Positions 42,301-58,000 are shown, counted from the first letter of the stretch. The stretch is DNA of 64,000 bases from Eledone cirrhosa (GCA_964016885.1 OZ024742.1:28954001-29018000), one strand, 5' to 3'. Translations and numbers: made by a program. The notes: generated by a model not told the origin, from the letters alone.

Positions 42301-45300
42301 AGTCAGTTGTATCTACCAATACATCCCACGTCTTGAGACACATGAAGCAGCCAAAGTGGTCCAATGACCACAGTCAGTTGTATCTACCAATACATCCCAC
42401 GTCTTGAGACACATGAGGCAGCCAAAGTGGTCCAATGACCACAGTCAGTTGTATCTACCAATACATCCCATGTCTTGAGACACATGAGGCAGCCAAAGTG
42501 GTCCATTGACCACAGTCAGTTGTATCTACCAATATATCCCAAGTCTTTAGACACATGAGGCAGCCAAAGTGGTCCAATGACCACAGTCAGTTGTATCTAC
42601 CAATACATCCCATGTCTTGAGACACATGAAGCAGCCAAAGTGGTCCAATGACCACAGTCAGTTGTATCTACAAATACATCCATTGTCTTGAGACACATGA
42701 GGCAGCCAAAGTGGTCCAATGACCACAGTCAGTTGTATCTACCAATACATGCCACGTCTTGAGACACATGAGGCAGCCAAAGTGGTCCAATGACCACAGT
42801 CAGTTGTATCTACCAACACATGCCACGTCTTGAGACACATGAGGCAGACAAAGTGGTCCAATGACCACAGTCAGTTATATCTACCAATACATCCCATGTC
42901 TTGAGACACATGAGGCAGCCAAAGTGGTCCAAAGACCACAGTCAGTTGTATCTACCAATACATCCCACGTCTTGAGACACATGAGGCAGCCAAAGTGGTC
43001 CAGTGACCACAGTCAGTTGTATCTACCAATACATCCCATGTCTTGAGACACATGAAGCAGCCAAAGTGGTCCAATGACCACAGTCAGTTGTATCTACCAA
43101 TACATCCCATGTCTTGAGACACATGAGGCAGCCAAATTGGTCCAATGACCACAGTCAGTTGTATCTACCAATACATGCCACGTCTTGAGACACATGAGGC
43201 AGCCAAAGGGGTCCAATGACCACAGTCAGTTGTATCTACCAATACATCCCACGTCTTGAGACACATGAGGCAGCCAAAGTGGTCCAATGACCACAGTCAG
43301 TTGTATCTACCAATACATCCCACGTCTTGAGACACATGAGGCAGCCAATGTGGTCCAATGACCACAGTCAGTTGTATCTACCAATACATCCCATGTCTTG
43401 TGACACATGAAGCAGCCAAAGTGGTCCGATGACCACAGTCAGTTGTATCTACCAATACATCCCATGTCTTGAGACACATGAGGCAGCCAAAGTGGTCCAA
43501 TGACCACAGTCAGTTGTATCTACCAATACATGCCACGTCTTGAGACACATGAGGCAGCCAAAGTGGTCCAATGACCACAGTCAGTTGTATCTACCAATAC
43601 ATCCCACGTCTTGAGACACATGAGGCAGCCAAAGTGGTCCAATGACCACAGTCAGTTGTATCTACCAATACATGCCACGTCTTGAGACACATGAGGCAGC
43701 CAAAGTGGTCCAATGACCACAGTCAGTTGTATCTACCAATACATCCCACGTCTTGGGACACATGAGGCAGCCAAAGTGGTCCAGTGACCACAGTCAGTTG
43801 TATCTACCAATACATCCCACGTCTTGAGACACATGAGGCAGCCAAAGTGGTCCAATCACCACAGTCAGTTGTATCTACCAATACATGCCACGTCTTGAGA
43901 CACATGAGGCAGCGAAAGTGGTCCAATGACCACAGTCAGTTGTATCTACCAATACATCCCACGTCTTGAGACACATGAAGCAGCCAAAGTGGTCCAATGA
44001 CCACAGTCAGTTGTATCTACCAATACATCCCACGTCTTGAGACACATGAGGCAGCCATAGTGGTCCAATGACCACAGTCAGTTGTATCTACCAATACATC
44101 CCATGTCTTGAGACACATGAGGCAGCCAAAGTGGTCCAATGACCACAGTCAGTTGTATCTACCAATACATCCCACGTCTTGAGACACATGAGGCAGCCAA
44201 AGTGGTCCAATGACCACAGTCAGTTGTATCTACCAATACATCCCATGTCTTGAGACACATGAAGCAGCCAAAGTGGTCCAATGACCACAGTCAGTTGTAT
44301 CTACCAATACATCCATTGTCTTGAGACACATGAGGCAGCCAAAGTGGTCCAATGACCACAGTCAGTTGTATCTACCAATACATGCCACGTCTTGAGACAC
44401 ATGAGGCAGCCAAAGTGGTCCAATGACCACAGTCAGTTATATCTACCAATACATCCCATGTCTTGAGACACATGAGGCAGCCAAAGTGGTCCAATGACCA
44501 CAGTCAGTTGTATCTACCAATACATCCCACGTCTTGAGACACATGAGGCAGCCAAAGTGGTCCAGTGACCACAGTCAGTTGTATCTACCAATACATCCCA
44601 TGTCTTGAGACACATGAAGCAGCCAAAGTGGTCCAATGACCACAGTCAGTTGTATCTACCAATACATCCCATGTCTTGAGACACATGAGGCAGCCAAAGT
44701 GGTCCAATGACCACAGTCAGTTGTATCTACCAATACATGCCACGTCTTGAGACACATGAGGCAGCCAAAGTGGTCCAATGACCACAGTCAGTTGTATCTA
44801 CCAATACATCCCACGTCTTGAGACACATGAGGCAGCCAAAGTGGTCCAATGACCACAGTCAGTTGTATCTACCAATACATCCCACGTCTTGAGACACATG
44901 AGGCAGCCAAAGTGGTCCAATGACCACAGTCAGTTGTATCTACCAATACATGCCACGTCTTGAGACACATGAGGCAGCCAAAGTGGTCCAGTGACCACAG
45001 TCAGTTGTATCTACCAATACATGCCACGTCTTGAGACACATGAGGCAGCCAAAGTGGTCCAATGACCACAGTCAGTTGTATCTACCAATACATCCCACGT
45101 CTTGGGACACATGAGGCAGCCAAAGTGGTCCAATGACCACAGTCAGTTGTATCTACCAATACATCCCACGTCTTGAGACACATGAGGCAGCCAAAGTGGT
45201 CCAATCACCACAGTCAGTTGTATCTACCAATACATGCCACGTCTTGAGACACATGAGGCAGCCAAAGTGGTCCAATGAGCACAGTCAGTTGTATCTACCA

Positions 45301-48300
45301 ATACATCCCACGTCTTGAGACACATGAAGCAGCCAAAGTGGTCCAATGACCACAGTCAGTTGTATCTACCAATACATCCCACGTCTTGAGACACATGAGG
45401 CATCCAAAGTGGTCCAATGACCACAGTCAGTTGTATCTACCAATACATCCCATGTCTTGAGACACATGAGGCAGCCAAAGTGGTCCAATGACCACAGTCA
45501 GTTGTATCTACCAATACATCCCACGTCTTGAGACACATGAGGCAGCCAAAGTGGTCCAATGACCACAGTCAGTTGTATCTACCAATACATCCCATGTCTT
45601 GAGACACATGAAGCAGCCAAAGTGGTCCAATGACCACAGTCAGTTGTATCTACCAATACATCCATTGTCTTGAGACACATGAGGCAGCCAAAGTGGTCCA
45701 ATGACCACAGTCAGTTGTATCTACCAATACATGCCACGTCTTGAGACACATGAGGCAGCCAAAGTGGTCCAATGACCACAGTCAGTTGTATCTACCAATA
45801 CATCCCACGTCTTGAGACACATGAGGCAGCCAAAGTGGTCCAATGACCACAGTCAGTTGTATCTACCAATACATGCCACGTCTTGAGACACATGAAGCAG
45901 CCAAAGTGGTCCAATGACCACGGTCAGTTATATCTACCAATACATCCCACGTCTTGAGACACATGAGGCAGCCAAAGTGGTCCAATGACCACAGTCAGTT
46001 GTATCTACCAATACATCCCACGTCTTGAGACCCATGAAGCAGCCAAAGTGGTCTAATGACCACGGTCAGTTGTATCTACCAATACATCCCACGTCTTGAG
46101 ACACATGAGGCAGCCAAAGTGGTCCAATGACCACAGTCAGTTGTATCTACCAATACATCCCATGTCTTGAGACACATGAGTCAGCCAAAGTGGTCCAATG
46201 ACCACAGTCAGTTGTATCTACCAATACATGCCACGTCTTGAGACACATGAAGCAGCCAAAGTGGTCCAATGACCACAGTCAGTTGTATCTACCAATACAT
46301 CCCACGTCTTGAGAAACATGAGGCAGCCAAAGTGGTCCAATGACCACAGTCAGTTGTATCTACCAATACATGCCACGTCTTGAGACACATGAGGCAGCCA
46401 AAGTGGTCCAATGACCACAGTCAGTTGTATCTACCAATACATGCCACGTCTTGAGAAACATGAGGCAGCCAATGTGGTCCAATGACCACAGTCAGTTGTA
46501 TCTACCAATACATCCCACGTCTTGAGACACATGAAGCAGCCAAAGAGGTCCAATGACCACAGTCAGTTGTATCTACCAATACATGCCACGTCTTGAGAAA
46601 CATGAGGCAGCCAATGTGGTCCAATGACCACGGTCAGTTGTATCTACCAATACATGCCACGTCTTGAGACACATGAGGCAGCCAAAGTGGTCCAATGACC
46701 ACAGTCAGTTGTATCTACCAATACATCCCACGTCTTGAGACACATGAGGCAGCCAATGTGGTCCAATGACCACAGTCAGTTGTATCTACCAATACATCCC
46801 ATGTCTTGAGACACATGAAGCAGCCAAAGTGGTCCAATGACCACGGTCAGTTGTATCTACCAATACATCCCACGTCTTGAGACACATGAGGCAGCCAAAG
46901 TGGTAAATGACCACAGTCAGTTGTATCTACCAATACATCCCACATCTTGAGACACATGAAGCAGCCAAAGTGGTCCAATGACCACGGTCAGTTGTATCTA
47001 CCAATACATCCCACGTCTTGAGACACATGAGGCAGCCAAAGTGGTCCAATGACCACAGTCAGTTGTATCTACCAATACATGCCACGTCTTGAGACACATG
47101 AGGCAGCCAAAGTGGTCCAATGACCACAGTCAGTTGTATCTACCAATACATGCCACGTCTTGAGACACATGAGGCAGCCAAAGTGGTCCAATGACCACAG
47201 TCAGTTGTATCTACCAATACATCCCACGTCTTGAGACACATGAGACAGCCAAAGTGGTCCAATGACCACAGTCAGTTGTATCTACCAATACATCCCACGT
47301 CTTGAGACACATGAGGCAGCCAAAGTGGTCCACTGGCCACAGTCAGTTGTATCTACCAATACATGCCACGTCTTGAGAAACATGAGGCAGCCAAAGTGGT
47401 CCAATGACCACGGTCAGTTGTATCTACCAATACATGCCACGTCTTGAGACACATGAGGCAGCCAAAGTGGTCCAATGACCACAGTCAGTTGTATCTACCA
47501 ATACATCCCATGTCTTGAGACACATGAAGCAGCCAAAGTGGTCCAATGACCACAGTCAGTTGTATCTACCCATACATGCCACGTCTTGAGACACATGAGG
47601 CAGCCAAAGTGGTCCAATGACCACAGTCAGTTGTATCTACCAATACATGCCACGTCTTGAGACACATGAGGCAGACAAAGTGGTCCAATGACCACAGTCA
47701 GTTATATCTACCAATACATCCCATGTCTTGAGACACATGAGGCAGCCAAAGTGGTCCAATGACCACAGTCAGTTGTATCTACCAATACCTCCCACGTCTT
47801 GAGACACATGAGGCAGCCAAAGTGGTCTAATGACCACAGTCATTTGTATCTACCAATACATCCCATGTCTTGAGACACATGAGGCAGCCAAAGTGGTCCG
47901 ATGACCACAGTCAGTTGTATCGACCAATACATCCCACGTCTTGAGACACATGAGGCAGCCAAAGTGGTCAAATGACCACAGTCAGTTGTATCTACCAATA
48001 CATCCCACGTCTTGAGACACCTGAGGCAGCCAAAGTGGTCCAATGACCACGGTCAGTTGTATCTACCAATACATGCCACGTCTTGAGAAACATGAGGCAG
48101 CCAAAGTGGTCCAATGACCACGGTCAGTTGTATCTACCAATACATGCCACGTCTTGAGACACATGAGGCAGCCAAAGTGGTCCAATGACCACAGTCAGTT
48201 GTATCTACCAATACATCCCATGTCTTGAGACACATGAAGCAGACAAAGTGGTCCAATGACCACAGTCAGTTGTATCTACCCATACATGCCACGTCTTGAG

Positions 48301-51300
48301 ACACATGAGGCAGCCAAAGTGGTCCAATGACCACAGTCAGTTGTATCTACCAATACATGCCACGTCTTGAGACACATGAGGCAGACAAAGTGGTCCAATG
48401 ACCACAGTCAGTTATATCTACCAATACATCCCATGTCTTGAGACACATGAGGCAGCCAAAGTGGTCCAATGAGCACAGTCAGTTGTATCTACCAATACAT
48501 CCCACGTCTTGAGACACCTGAGGCAGCCAAAGTGGTCCAATGACCACGGTCAGTTGTATCTACCAATACATGCCACGTCTTGAGAAACATGAGGCAGCCA
48601 AAGTGGTCCAATGACCACGGTCAGTTGTATCTACCAATACATGCCACGTCTTGAGACACATGAGGCAGCCAAAGTGGTCCAATGACCACAGTCAGTTGTA
48701 TCTACCAATACATCCCATGTCTTGAGACACATGAAGCAGCCAAAGTGGTCCAATGACCACAGTCAGTTGTATCTACCCATACATGCCACGTCTTGAGACA
48801 CATGAGGCAGCCAAAGTGGTCCAATGACCACAGTCAGTTGTATCTACCAATACATGCCACGTCTTGAGACACATGAGGCAGACAAAGTGGTCCAATGACC
48901 ACAGTCAGTTATATCTACCAATACATCCCATGTCTTGAGACACATGAGGCAGCCAAAGTGGTCCAATGACCACAGTCAGTTGTATCTACCAATGCATCCC
49001 ACGTCTTGAGACACATGAGGCAGCCAAAGTTGTCCAATGACCACAGTCAGTTGTATCTACCAATACATCCCATGTCTTGAGACACATGAAGCAGCCAAAG
49101 TGGTCCAATGACCACAGTCAGTTGTATCTACCAATACATCCCATGTCTTGAGACACATGAGGCCGCCAAAGTGGTCCAATGACCACAGTCAGTTGTATCT
49201 ACCAATACATGCCACGTCTTGAGACACATGAGGCAGCCAAAGTGGTCCAATGACCACAGTCAGTTGTATTTACCAATACATCCCACGTCTTGAGACACAT
49301 GAGGCAGCCAAAGTGGTCCAATGACCACAGTCAGTTGTATCTACCAATACATCCCACGTCTTGAGACACATGAAGCAGCCAAAGTGGTCCAATGACCACA
49401 GTCAGTTGTATCTACCAATACATCCCATGCCTTGAGACACATGAGGCAGCCAAAGTGGTCCAATGACCACAGTCAGTTGTATCTACCAATACATGCCACG
49501 TCTTGAGACACATGAGGCAGCCAAAGTGGTCCAATGACCACAGTCAGTTGTATCTACCAATACATCCCACGTCTTGAGACACATGAGGCAGCCAAAGTGG
49601 TCCAATCACCACAGTCAGTTGTATCTACCAATACATGCCACGTCTTGAGACACATGAGGCAGCCAAAGTGGTCCAATGACCACAGTCAGTCGTATCTACC
49701 AATACATGCCACGTCTTGAGACACATGAGGCAGCCAAAGTGGTCCAATGACCACAGTCAGTTGTATCTACCAATACATCCCACGTCTTGAGACACACGAG
49801 GCAGCCAAAGTGGTCCAATGACCACAGTCAGTTGTATCTACAAATACATCCCACGTCTTGAGACACATGAAGCAGCCAAAGTGGTCCAATGACCACGTTC
49901 AGTTATATCTACCAATACATCCCACGTCTTGAGACACATGAGGCAGCCAAAGTGGTCCAATGACCACAGTCAGTTGTATCTACCAATACATCCCACGTCT
50001 TGAGACACATGAAGCAGCCAAAGTGGTCCAATGACCACAGTCAGTTGTATCTACCAATACATCCCACGTCTTGAGACACATGAGGCAGCCAAAGTGGTCC
50101 AATGACCACAGTCAGTTGTATCTACCAATACATCCCATGTCTTGAGACACATGAGGCAGCCAAAGTGGTCCAATGACCACAGTCAGTTGTATCTACCAAT
50201 ATATCCCAAGTCTTTAGACACATGAGGCAGCCAAAGTGGTCCAATGACCACAGTCAGTTGTATCTACCAATACATCCCATGTCTTGAGACACATGAAGCA
50301 GCCAAAGTGGTCCAATGACCACAGTCAGTTGTATCTACCAATACATCCATTGTCTTGAGACACATGAGGCAGCCAAAGTGGTCCAATGACCACAGTCAGT
50401 TGTATCTACCAATACATGCCACGTCTTGAGACACATGAGGCAGCCAAAGTGGTCCAATGACCACAGTCAGTTGTATCTACCAACACATGCCACGTCTTGA
50501 GACACATGAGGCAGACAAAGTGGTCCAATGACCACAGTCAGTTATATCTACCAATACATCCCATGTCTTGTGACACATGAGGCAGCCAAAGTGGTCCAAA
50601 GACCACAGTCAGTTGTATCTACCAATACATCCCACGTCTTGAGACACATGAGGCAGCCAAAGTGGTCCAGTGACCACAGTCAGTTGTATCTACCAATACA
50701 TCCCATGTCTTGAGACACATGAAGCAGCCAAAGTGGTCCAATGACCACAGTCAGTTGTATCTACCAATACATCCCATGTCTTGAGACACATGAGGCAGCC
50801 AAATTGGTCCAATGACCACAGTCAGTTGTATCTACCAATACATGCCACGTCTTGAGACACATGAGGCAGCCAAAGGGGTCCAATGACCACAGTCAGTTGT
50901 ATCTACCAATACATCCCACGTCTTGAGACACATGAGGCAGCCAAAGTGGTCCAATGACCACAGTCAGTTGTATCTACCAATACATCCCACGTCTTGAGAC
51001 ACATGAGGCAGCCAATGTGGTTCAATGACCACAGTCAGTTGTATCTACCAATACATCCCATGTCTTGTGACACATGAAGCAGCCAAAGTGGTCCGATGAC
51101 CACAGTCAGTTGTATCTACCAATACATCCCATGTCTTGTGACACATGAGGCAGCCAAAGTGGTCCAATGACCACAGTCAGTTGTATCTACCAATACATGC
51201 CACGTCTTGAGACACATGAGGCAGCCAAAGTGGTCCAATGACCACAGTCAGTTGTATCTACCAATACATCCCACGTCTTGAGACACATGAGGCAGCCAAA

Positions 51301-54300
51301 GTGGTCCAATGACCACAGTCAGTTGTATCTACCAATACATGCCACGTCTTGAGACACATGAGGCAGCCAAAGTGGTCCAATGACCACAGTCAGTTGTATC
51401 TACCAATACATCCCACGTCTTGGGACACATGAGGCAGCCAAAGTGGTCCAGTGACCACAGTCAGTTGTATCTACCAATACATCCCACGTCTTGAGACACA
51501 TGAGGCAGCCAAAGTGGTCCAATCACCACAGTCAGTTGTATCTACCAATACATGCCACGTCTTGAGACACATGAGGCAGCGAAAGTGGTCCAATGACCAC
51601 AGTCAGTTGTATCTACCAATACATCCCACGTCTTGAGACACATGAAGCAGCCAAAGTGGTCCAATGACCACAGTCAGTTGTATCTACCAATACATCCCAC
51701 GTCTTGAGACACATGAGGCAGCCATAGTGGTCCAATGACCACAGTCAGTTGTATCTACCAATACATCCCATGTCTTGAGACACATGAGGCAGCCAAAGTG
51801 GTCCAATGACCACAGTCAGTTGTATCTACCAATACATCCCACGTCTTGAGACACATGAGGCAGCCAAAGTGGTCCAATGACCACAGTCAGTTGTATCTAC
51901 CAATACATCCCATGTCTTGAGACACATGAAGCAGCCAAAGTGGTCCAATGACCACAGTCAGTTGTATCTACCAATACATCCATTGTCTTGAGACACATGA
52001 GGCAGCCAAAGTGGTCCAATGACCACAGTCAGTTGTATCTACCAATACAAGCCACGTCTTGAGACACATGAGGCAGCCAAAGTGGTCCAATGACCACAGT
52101 CAGTTATATCTACCAATACATCCCATGTCTTGAGACACATGAGGCAGCCAAAGTGGTCCAATGACCACAGTCAGTTGTATCTACCAATACATCCCACGTC
52201 TTGAGACACATGAGGCAGCCAAAGTGGTCCAATGACCACAGTCAGTTGTATCTACCAATACATGCCACGTCTTGAGACACATGAGGCAGCCAAAGTGGTC
52301 CAATGACCACAGTCAGTTGTATCTACCAATACATCCCACGTCTTGGGACACATGAGGCAGCCAAAGTGGTCCAGTGACCACAGTCAGTTGTATCTACCAA
52401 TACATCCCACGTCTTGAGACACATGAGGCAGCCAAAGTGGTCCAATCACCACAGTCAGTTGTATCTACCAATACATGCCACGTCTTGAGACACATGAGGC
52501 AGCGAAAGTGGTCCAATGACCACAGTCAGTTGTATCTACCAATACATCCCACGTCTTGAGACACATGAAGCAGCCAAAGTGGTCCAATGACCACAGTCAG
52601 TTGTATCTACCAATACATCCCACGTCTTGAGACACATGAGGCAGCCATAGTGGTCCAATGACCACAGTCAGTTGTATCTACCAATACATCCCATGTCTTG
52701 AGACACATGAGGCAGCCAAAGTGGTCCAATGACCACAGTCAGTTGTATCTACCAATACATCCCACGTCTTGAGACACATGAGGCAGCCAAAGTGGTCCAA
52801 TGACCACAGTCAGTTGTATCTACCAATACATCCCATGTCTTGAGACACATGAAGCAGCCAAAGTGGTCCAATGACCACAGTCAGTTGTATCTACCAATAC
52901 ATCCATTGTCTTGAGACACATGAGGCAGCCAAAGTGGTCCAATGACCACAGTCAGTTGTATCTACCAATACATGCCACGTCTTGAGACACATGAGGCAGC
53001 CAAAGTGGTCCAATGACCACAGTCAGTTATATCTACCAATACATCCCATGTCTTGAGACACATGAGGCAGCCAAAGTGGTCCAATGACCACAGTCAGTTG
53101 TATCTACCAATACATCCCACGTCTTGAGACACATGAGGCAGCCAAAGTGGTCCAATGACCACAGTCAGTTGTATCTACCAATACATGCCACGTCTTGAGA
53201 CACATGAGGCAGCCAAAGTGGTCCAATGACCACAGTCAGTTGTATCTACCAATACATCCCACGTCTTGGGACACATGAGGCAGCCAAAGTGGTCCAGTGA
53301 CCACAGTCAGTTGTATCTACCAATACATCCCACGTCTTGAGACACATGAGGCAGCCAAAGTGGTCCAATCACCACAGTCAGTTGTATCTACCAATACATG
53401 CCACGTCTTGAGACACATGAGGCAGCGAAAGTGGTCCAATGACCACAGTCAGTTGTATCTACCAATACATCCCACGTCTTGAGACACATGAAGCAGCCAA
53501 AGTGGTCCAATGACCACAGTCAGTTGTATCTACCAATACATCCCACGTCTTGAGACACATGAGGCAGCCATAGTGGTCCAATGACCACAGTCAGTTGTAT
53601 CTACCAATACATCCCATGTCTTGAGACACATGAGGCAGCCAAAGTGGTCCAATGACCACAGTCAGTTGTATCTACCAATACATCCCACGTCTTGAGACAC
53701 ATGAGGCAGCCAAAGTGGTCCAATGACCACAGTCAGTTGTATCTACCAATACATCCCATGTCTTGAGACACATGAAGCAGCCAAAGTGGTCCAATGACCA
53801 CAGTCAGTTGTATCTACCAATACATCCATTGTCTTGAGACACATGAGGCAGCCAAAGTGGTCCAATGACCACAGTCAGTTGTATCTACCAATACATGCCA
53901 CGTCTTGAGACACATGAGGCAGCCAAAGTGGTCCAATGACCACAGTCAGTTATATCTACCAATACATCCCATGTCTTGAGACACATGAGGCAGCCAAAGT
54001 GGTCCAATGACCACAGTCAGTTGTATCTACCAATACATCCCACGTCTTGAGACACATGAGGCAGCCAAAGTGGTCCAGTGACCACAGTCAGTTGTATCTA
54101 CCAATACATCCCATGTCTTGAGACACATGAAGCAGCCAAAGTGGTCCAATGACCACAGTCAGTTGTATCTACCAATACATCCCATGTCTTGAGACACATG
54201 AGGCAGCCAAATTGGTCCAATGACCACAGTCAATTGTATCTACCAATACATGCCACGTCTTGAGACACATGAGGCAGCCAAAGGGGTCCAATGACCACAG

Positions 54301-56950
54301 TCAGTTGTATCTACCAATACATCCCACGTCTTGTGACACATGAGGCAGCCAAAGTGGTCCAATGACCACAGTCAGTTGTATCTACCAATACATCCCACGT
54401 CTTGAGACACATGAGGCAGCCAAAGTGGTCCAATGACCACAGTCAGTTGTATCTACCAATACATCCCATGTCTTGAGACACATGAAGCAGCCAAAGTGGT
54501 CCGATGACCACAGTCAGTTGTATCTACCAATACATCCCATGTCTTGAGACACATGAGGCAGCCAAAGTGGTCCAATGACCACAGTCAGTTGTATCTACCA
54601 ATACATGCCACGTCTTGAGACACATGAGGCAGCCAAAGTGGTCCAATGACCACAGTCAGTTGTATCTACCAATACATCCCACGTCTTGAGACACATGAGG
54701 CAGCCAAAGTGGTCCAATGACCACAGTCAGTTGTATCTACCAATACATCCCACGTCTTGAGACACATGAGGCAGCCAAAGTGGTCCAATGACCACAGTCA
54801 GTTGTATCTACCAATACATGCCACGTCTTGAGACACATGAGGCAGCCAAAGTGGTCCAGTGACCACAGTCAGTTGTATCTACCAATACATGCCACGTCTT
54901 GAGACACATGAGGCAGCCAAAGTGGTCCAATGACCACAGTCAGTTGTATCTACCAATACATCCCACGTCTTGGGACACATGAGGCAGCCAAAGTGGTCCA
55001 ATGACCACAGTCAGTTGTATCTACCAATACATCCCACGTCTTGAGACACATGAGGCAGCCAAAGTGGTCCAATCACCACAGTCAGTTGTATCTACCAATA
55101 CATGCCACGTCTTGAGACACATGAGGCAGCCAAAGTGGTCCAATGAGCACAGTCAGTTGTATCTACCAATACATCCCACGTCTTGAGACACATGAAGCAG
55201 CCAAAGTGGTCCAATGACCACAGTCAGTTGTATCTACCAATACATCCCACGTCTTGAGACACATGAGGCATCCAAAGTGGTCCAATGACCACAGTCAGTT
55301 GTATCTACCAATACATCCCATGTCTTGAGACACATGAGGCAGCCAAAGTGGTCCAATGACCACAGTCAGTTGTATCTACCAATACATCCCACGTCTTGAG
55401 ACACATGAGGCAGCCAAAGTGGTCCAATGACCACAGTCAGTTGTATCTACCAATACATCCCATGTCTTGAGACACATGAAGCAGCCAAAGTGGTCCAATG
55501 ACCACAGTCAGTTGTATCTACCAATACATCCATTGTCTTGAGACACATGAGGCAGCCAAAGTGGTCCAATGACCACAGTCAGTTGTATCTACCAATACAT
55601 GCCACGTCTTGAGACACATGAGGCAGCCAAAGTGGTCCAATGACCACAGTCAGTTGTATCTACCAATACATCCCACGTCTTGAGACACATGAGGCAGCCA
55701 AAGTGGTCCAATGACCACAGTCAGTTGTATCTACCAATACATGCCACGTCTTGAGACACATGAAGCAGCCAAAGTGGTCCAATGACCACGGTCAGTTATA
55801 TCTACCAATACATCCCACGTCTTGAGACACATGAGGCAGCCAAAGTGGTCCAATGACCACAGTCAGTTGTATCTACCAATACATCCCACGTCTTGAGACC
55901 CATGAAGCAGCCAAAGTGGTCTAATGACCACGGTCAGTTGTATCTACCAATACATCCCACGTCTTGAGACACATGAGGCAGCCAAAGTGGTCCAATGACC
56001 ACAGTCAGTTGTATCTACCAATACATCCCATGTCTTGAGACACATGAGTCAGCCAAAGTGGTCCAATGACCACAGTCAGTTGTATCTACCAATACATGCC
56101 ACGTCTTGAGACACATGAAGCAGCCAAAGTGGTCCAATGACCACAGTCAGTTGTATCTACCAATACATCCCACGTCTTGAGAAACATGAGGCAGCCAAAG
56201 TGGTCCAATGACCACAGTCAGTTGTATCTACCAATACATGCCACGTCTTGAGACACATGAGGCAGCCAAAGTGGTCCAATGACCACAGTCAGTTGTATCT
56301 ACCAATACATGCCACGTCTTGAGAAACATGAGGCAGCCAATGTGGTCCAATGACCACAGTCAGTTGTATCTACCAATACATCCCACGTCTTGAGACACAT
56401 GAAGCAGCCAAAGTGGTCCAATGACCACAGTCAGTTGTATCTACCAATACATGCCACGTCTTGAGAAACATGAGGCAGCCAATGTGGTCCAATGACCACG
56501 GTCAGTTGTATCTACCAATACATGCCACGTCTTGAGACACATGAGGCAGCCAAAGTGGTCCAATGACCACAGTCAGTTGTATCTACCAATACATCCCACG
56601 TCTTGAGACACATGAGGCAGCCAATGTGGTCCAATGACCACAGTCAGTTGTATCTACCAATACATCCCATGTCTTGAGACACATGAAGCAGCCAAAGTGG
56701 TCCAATGACCACGGTCAGTTGTATCTACCAATACATCCCACGTCTTGAGACACATGAGGCAGCCAAAGTGGTAAATGACCACAGTCAGTTGTATCTACCA
56801 ATACATCCCACATCTTGAGACACATGAAGCAGCCAAAGTGGTCCAATGACCACGGTCAGTTGTATCTACCAATACATCCCACGTCTTGAGACACATGAGG
56901 CAGCCAAAGTGGTCCAATGACCACAGTCAGTTGTATCTACCAATACATCC
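39400..56950. repeat. Tandem duplication of a ~108-monomer (7667 bp) block; second copy expanded by 31 monomers
   Basis: Markers offset by 7667: 39575/47242, and ORFs 40173/47840, 41867/49534, 42861/50528, 43784/51451. Distal markers are offset by 9868 (45133/55001; GGTAAATG deletion 46904/56772). Copy 2 contains a 13-monomer (923 bp) unit in triplicate (51451, 52374, 53297). Confidence 0.9.
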
Positions 56951-58000
56951 CACGTCTTGAGACACATGAGGCAGCCAAAGTGGTCCAATGACCACAGTCA
57001 GTTGTATCTACCAATACATCCCATGTCTTGAGACACATGAGGCAGCCAAAGTGGTCCAATGACCACAGTCAGTTGTATCTACCAATACATCCCACGTCTT
57101 GAGACACATGAGGCAGCCAAAGTGGTCCAATGACCACAGTCAGTTGTATCTACCAATACATCCCATGTCTTGAGACACATGAGGCAGCCAAAGTGGTCCA
57201 ATGACCACAGTCAGTTGTATCTACCAATACATGCCACGTCTTGAGACACAGAAGCAGCCAAAATGGTCCAATGACCACAGTCAGTTGTATCTACCAATAC
57301 ATCCCACGTCTTGAGACACATGAGGCAGCCAAAGTGGTCCAATGACCACAGTCAGTTGTATCTACCAACACATCCCATGTCTTGAGACACATGAGGCAGC
57401 CAAAGTGGTCCAATGACCACAGTCAGTTGTATCTACCAATACATGCCACGTCTTGAGACACATGAGGCAGCCAAAGTGGTCCAATGACCACAGTCAGTTG
57501 TATCTACCAATACATCCCACGTCTTGAGACACATGAGGCAGCCAAAGTGCTCCAATGACCACAGTCAGTTGTATCTACCAATACATCCCACGTCTTGAGA
57601 CACATGAGGCAGCCAAAGTGGTCCAATGACCACAGTCAGTTGTATCTACCAATACATCCCATGTCTTGAGACACATGAGGCAGCCAAAGTGGTCCAATGA
57701 CCACAGTCAGTTGTATCTACCAATACATCCCACGTCTTGAGACACATGAGGCAGCCAAAGTGGTCCAATGACCACAGTCAGTTGTATCTACCAATACATG
57801 CCACGTCTTGAGACACATGAAGCAGCCAAAGTGGTCCAATGACCACGGTCAGTTGTATCTACCAATACATCCCAAGTCTTGAGACACATGAAGCAGCCAA
57901 AGTGGTCCAATGACCACAGTCAGTTGTATCTACCAATACATCCCACGTCTTGAGACACATGAAGCAGCCAAAGTGGTCCAATGACCACGGTCAGTTGCAT

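Noticed and set aside
406-55186. Dozens of 61-111 aa ORFs within the satellite
   Set aside because: 71 is not a multiple of 3, so frames cycle through stops every 1-3 monomers. The ORFs appear only where a point variant removes a stop. They are useful as HOR markers and one frame reflects LINE ancestry, but they are not genes.
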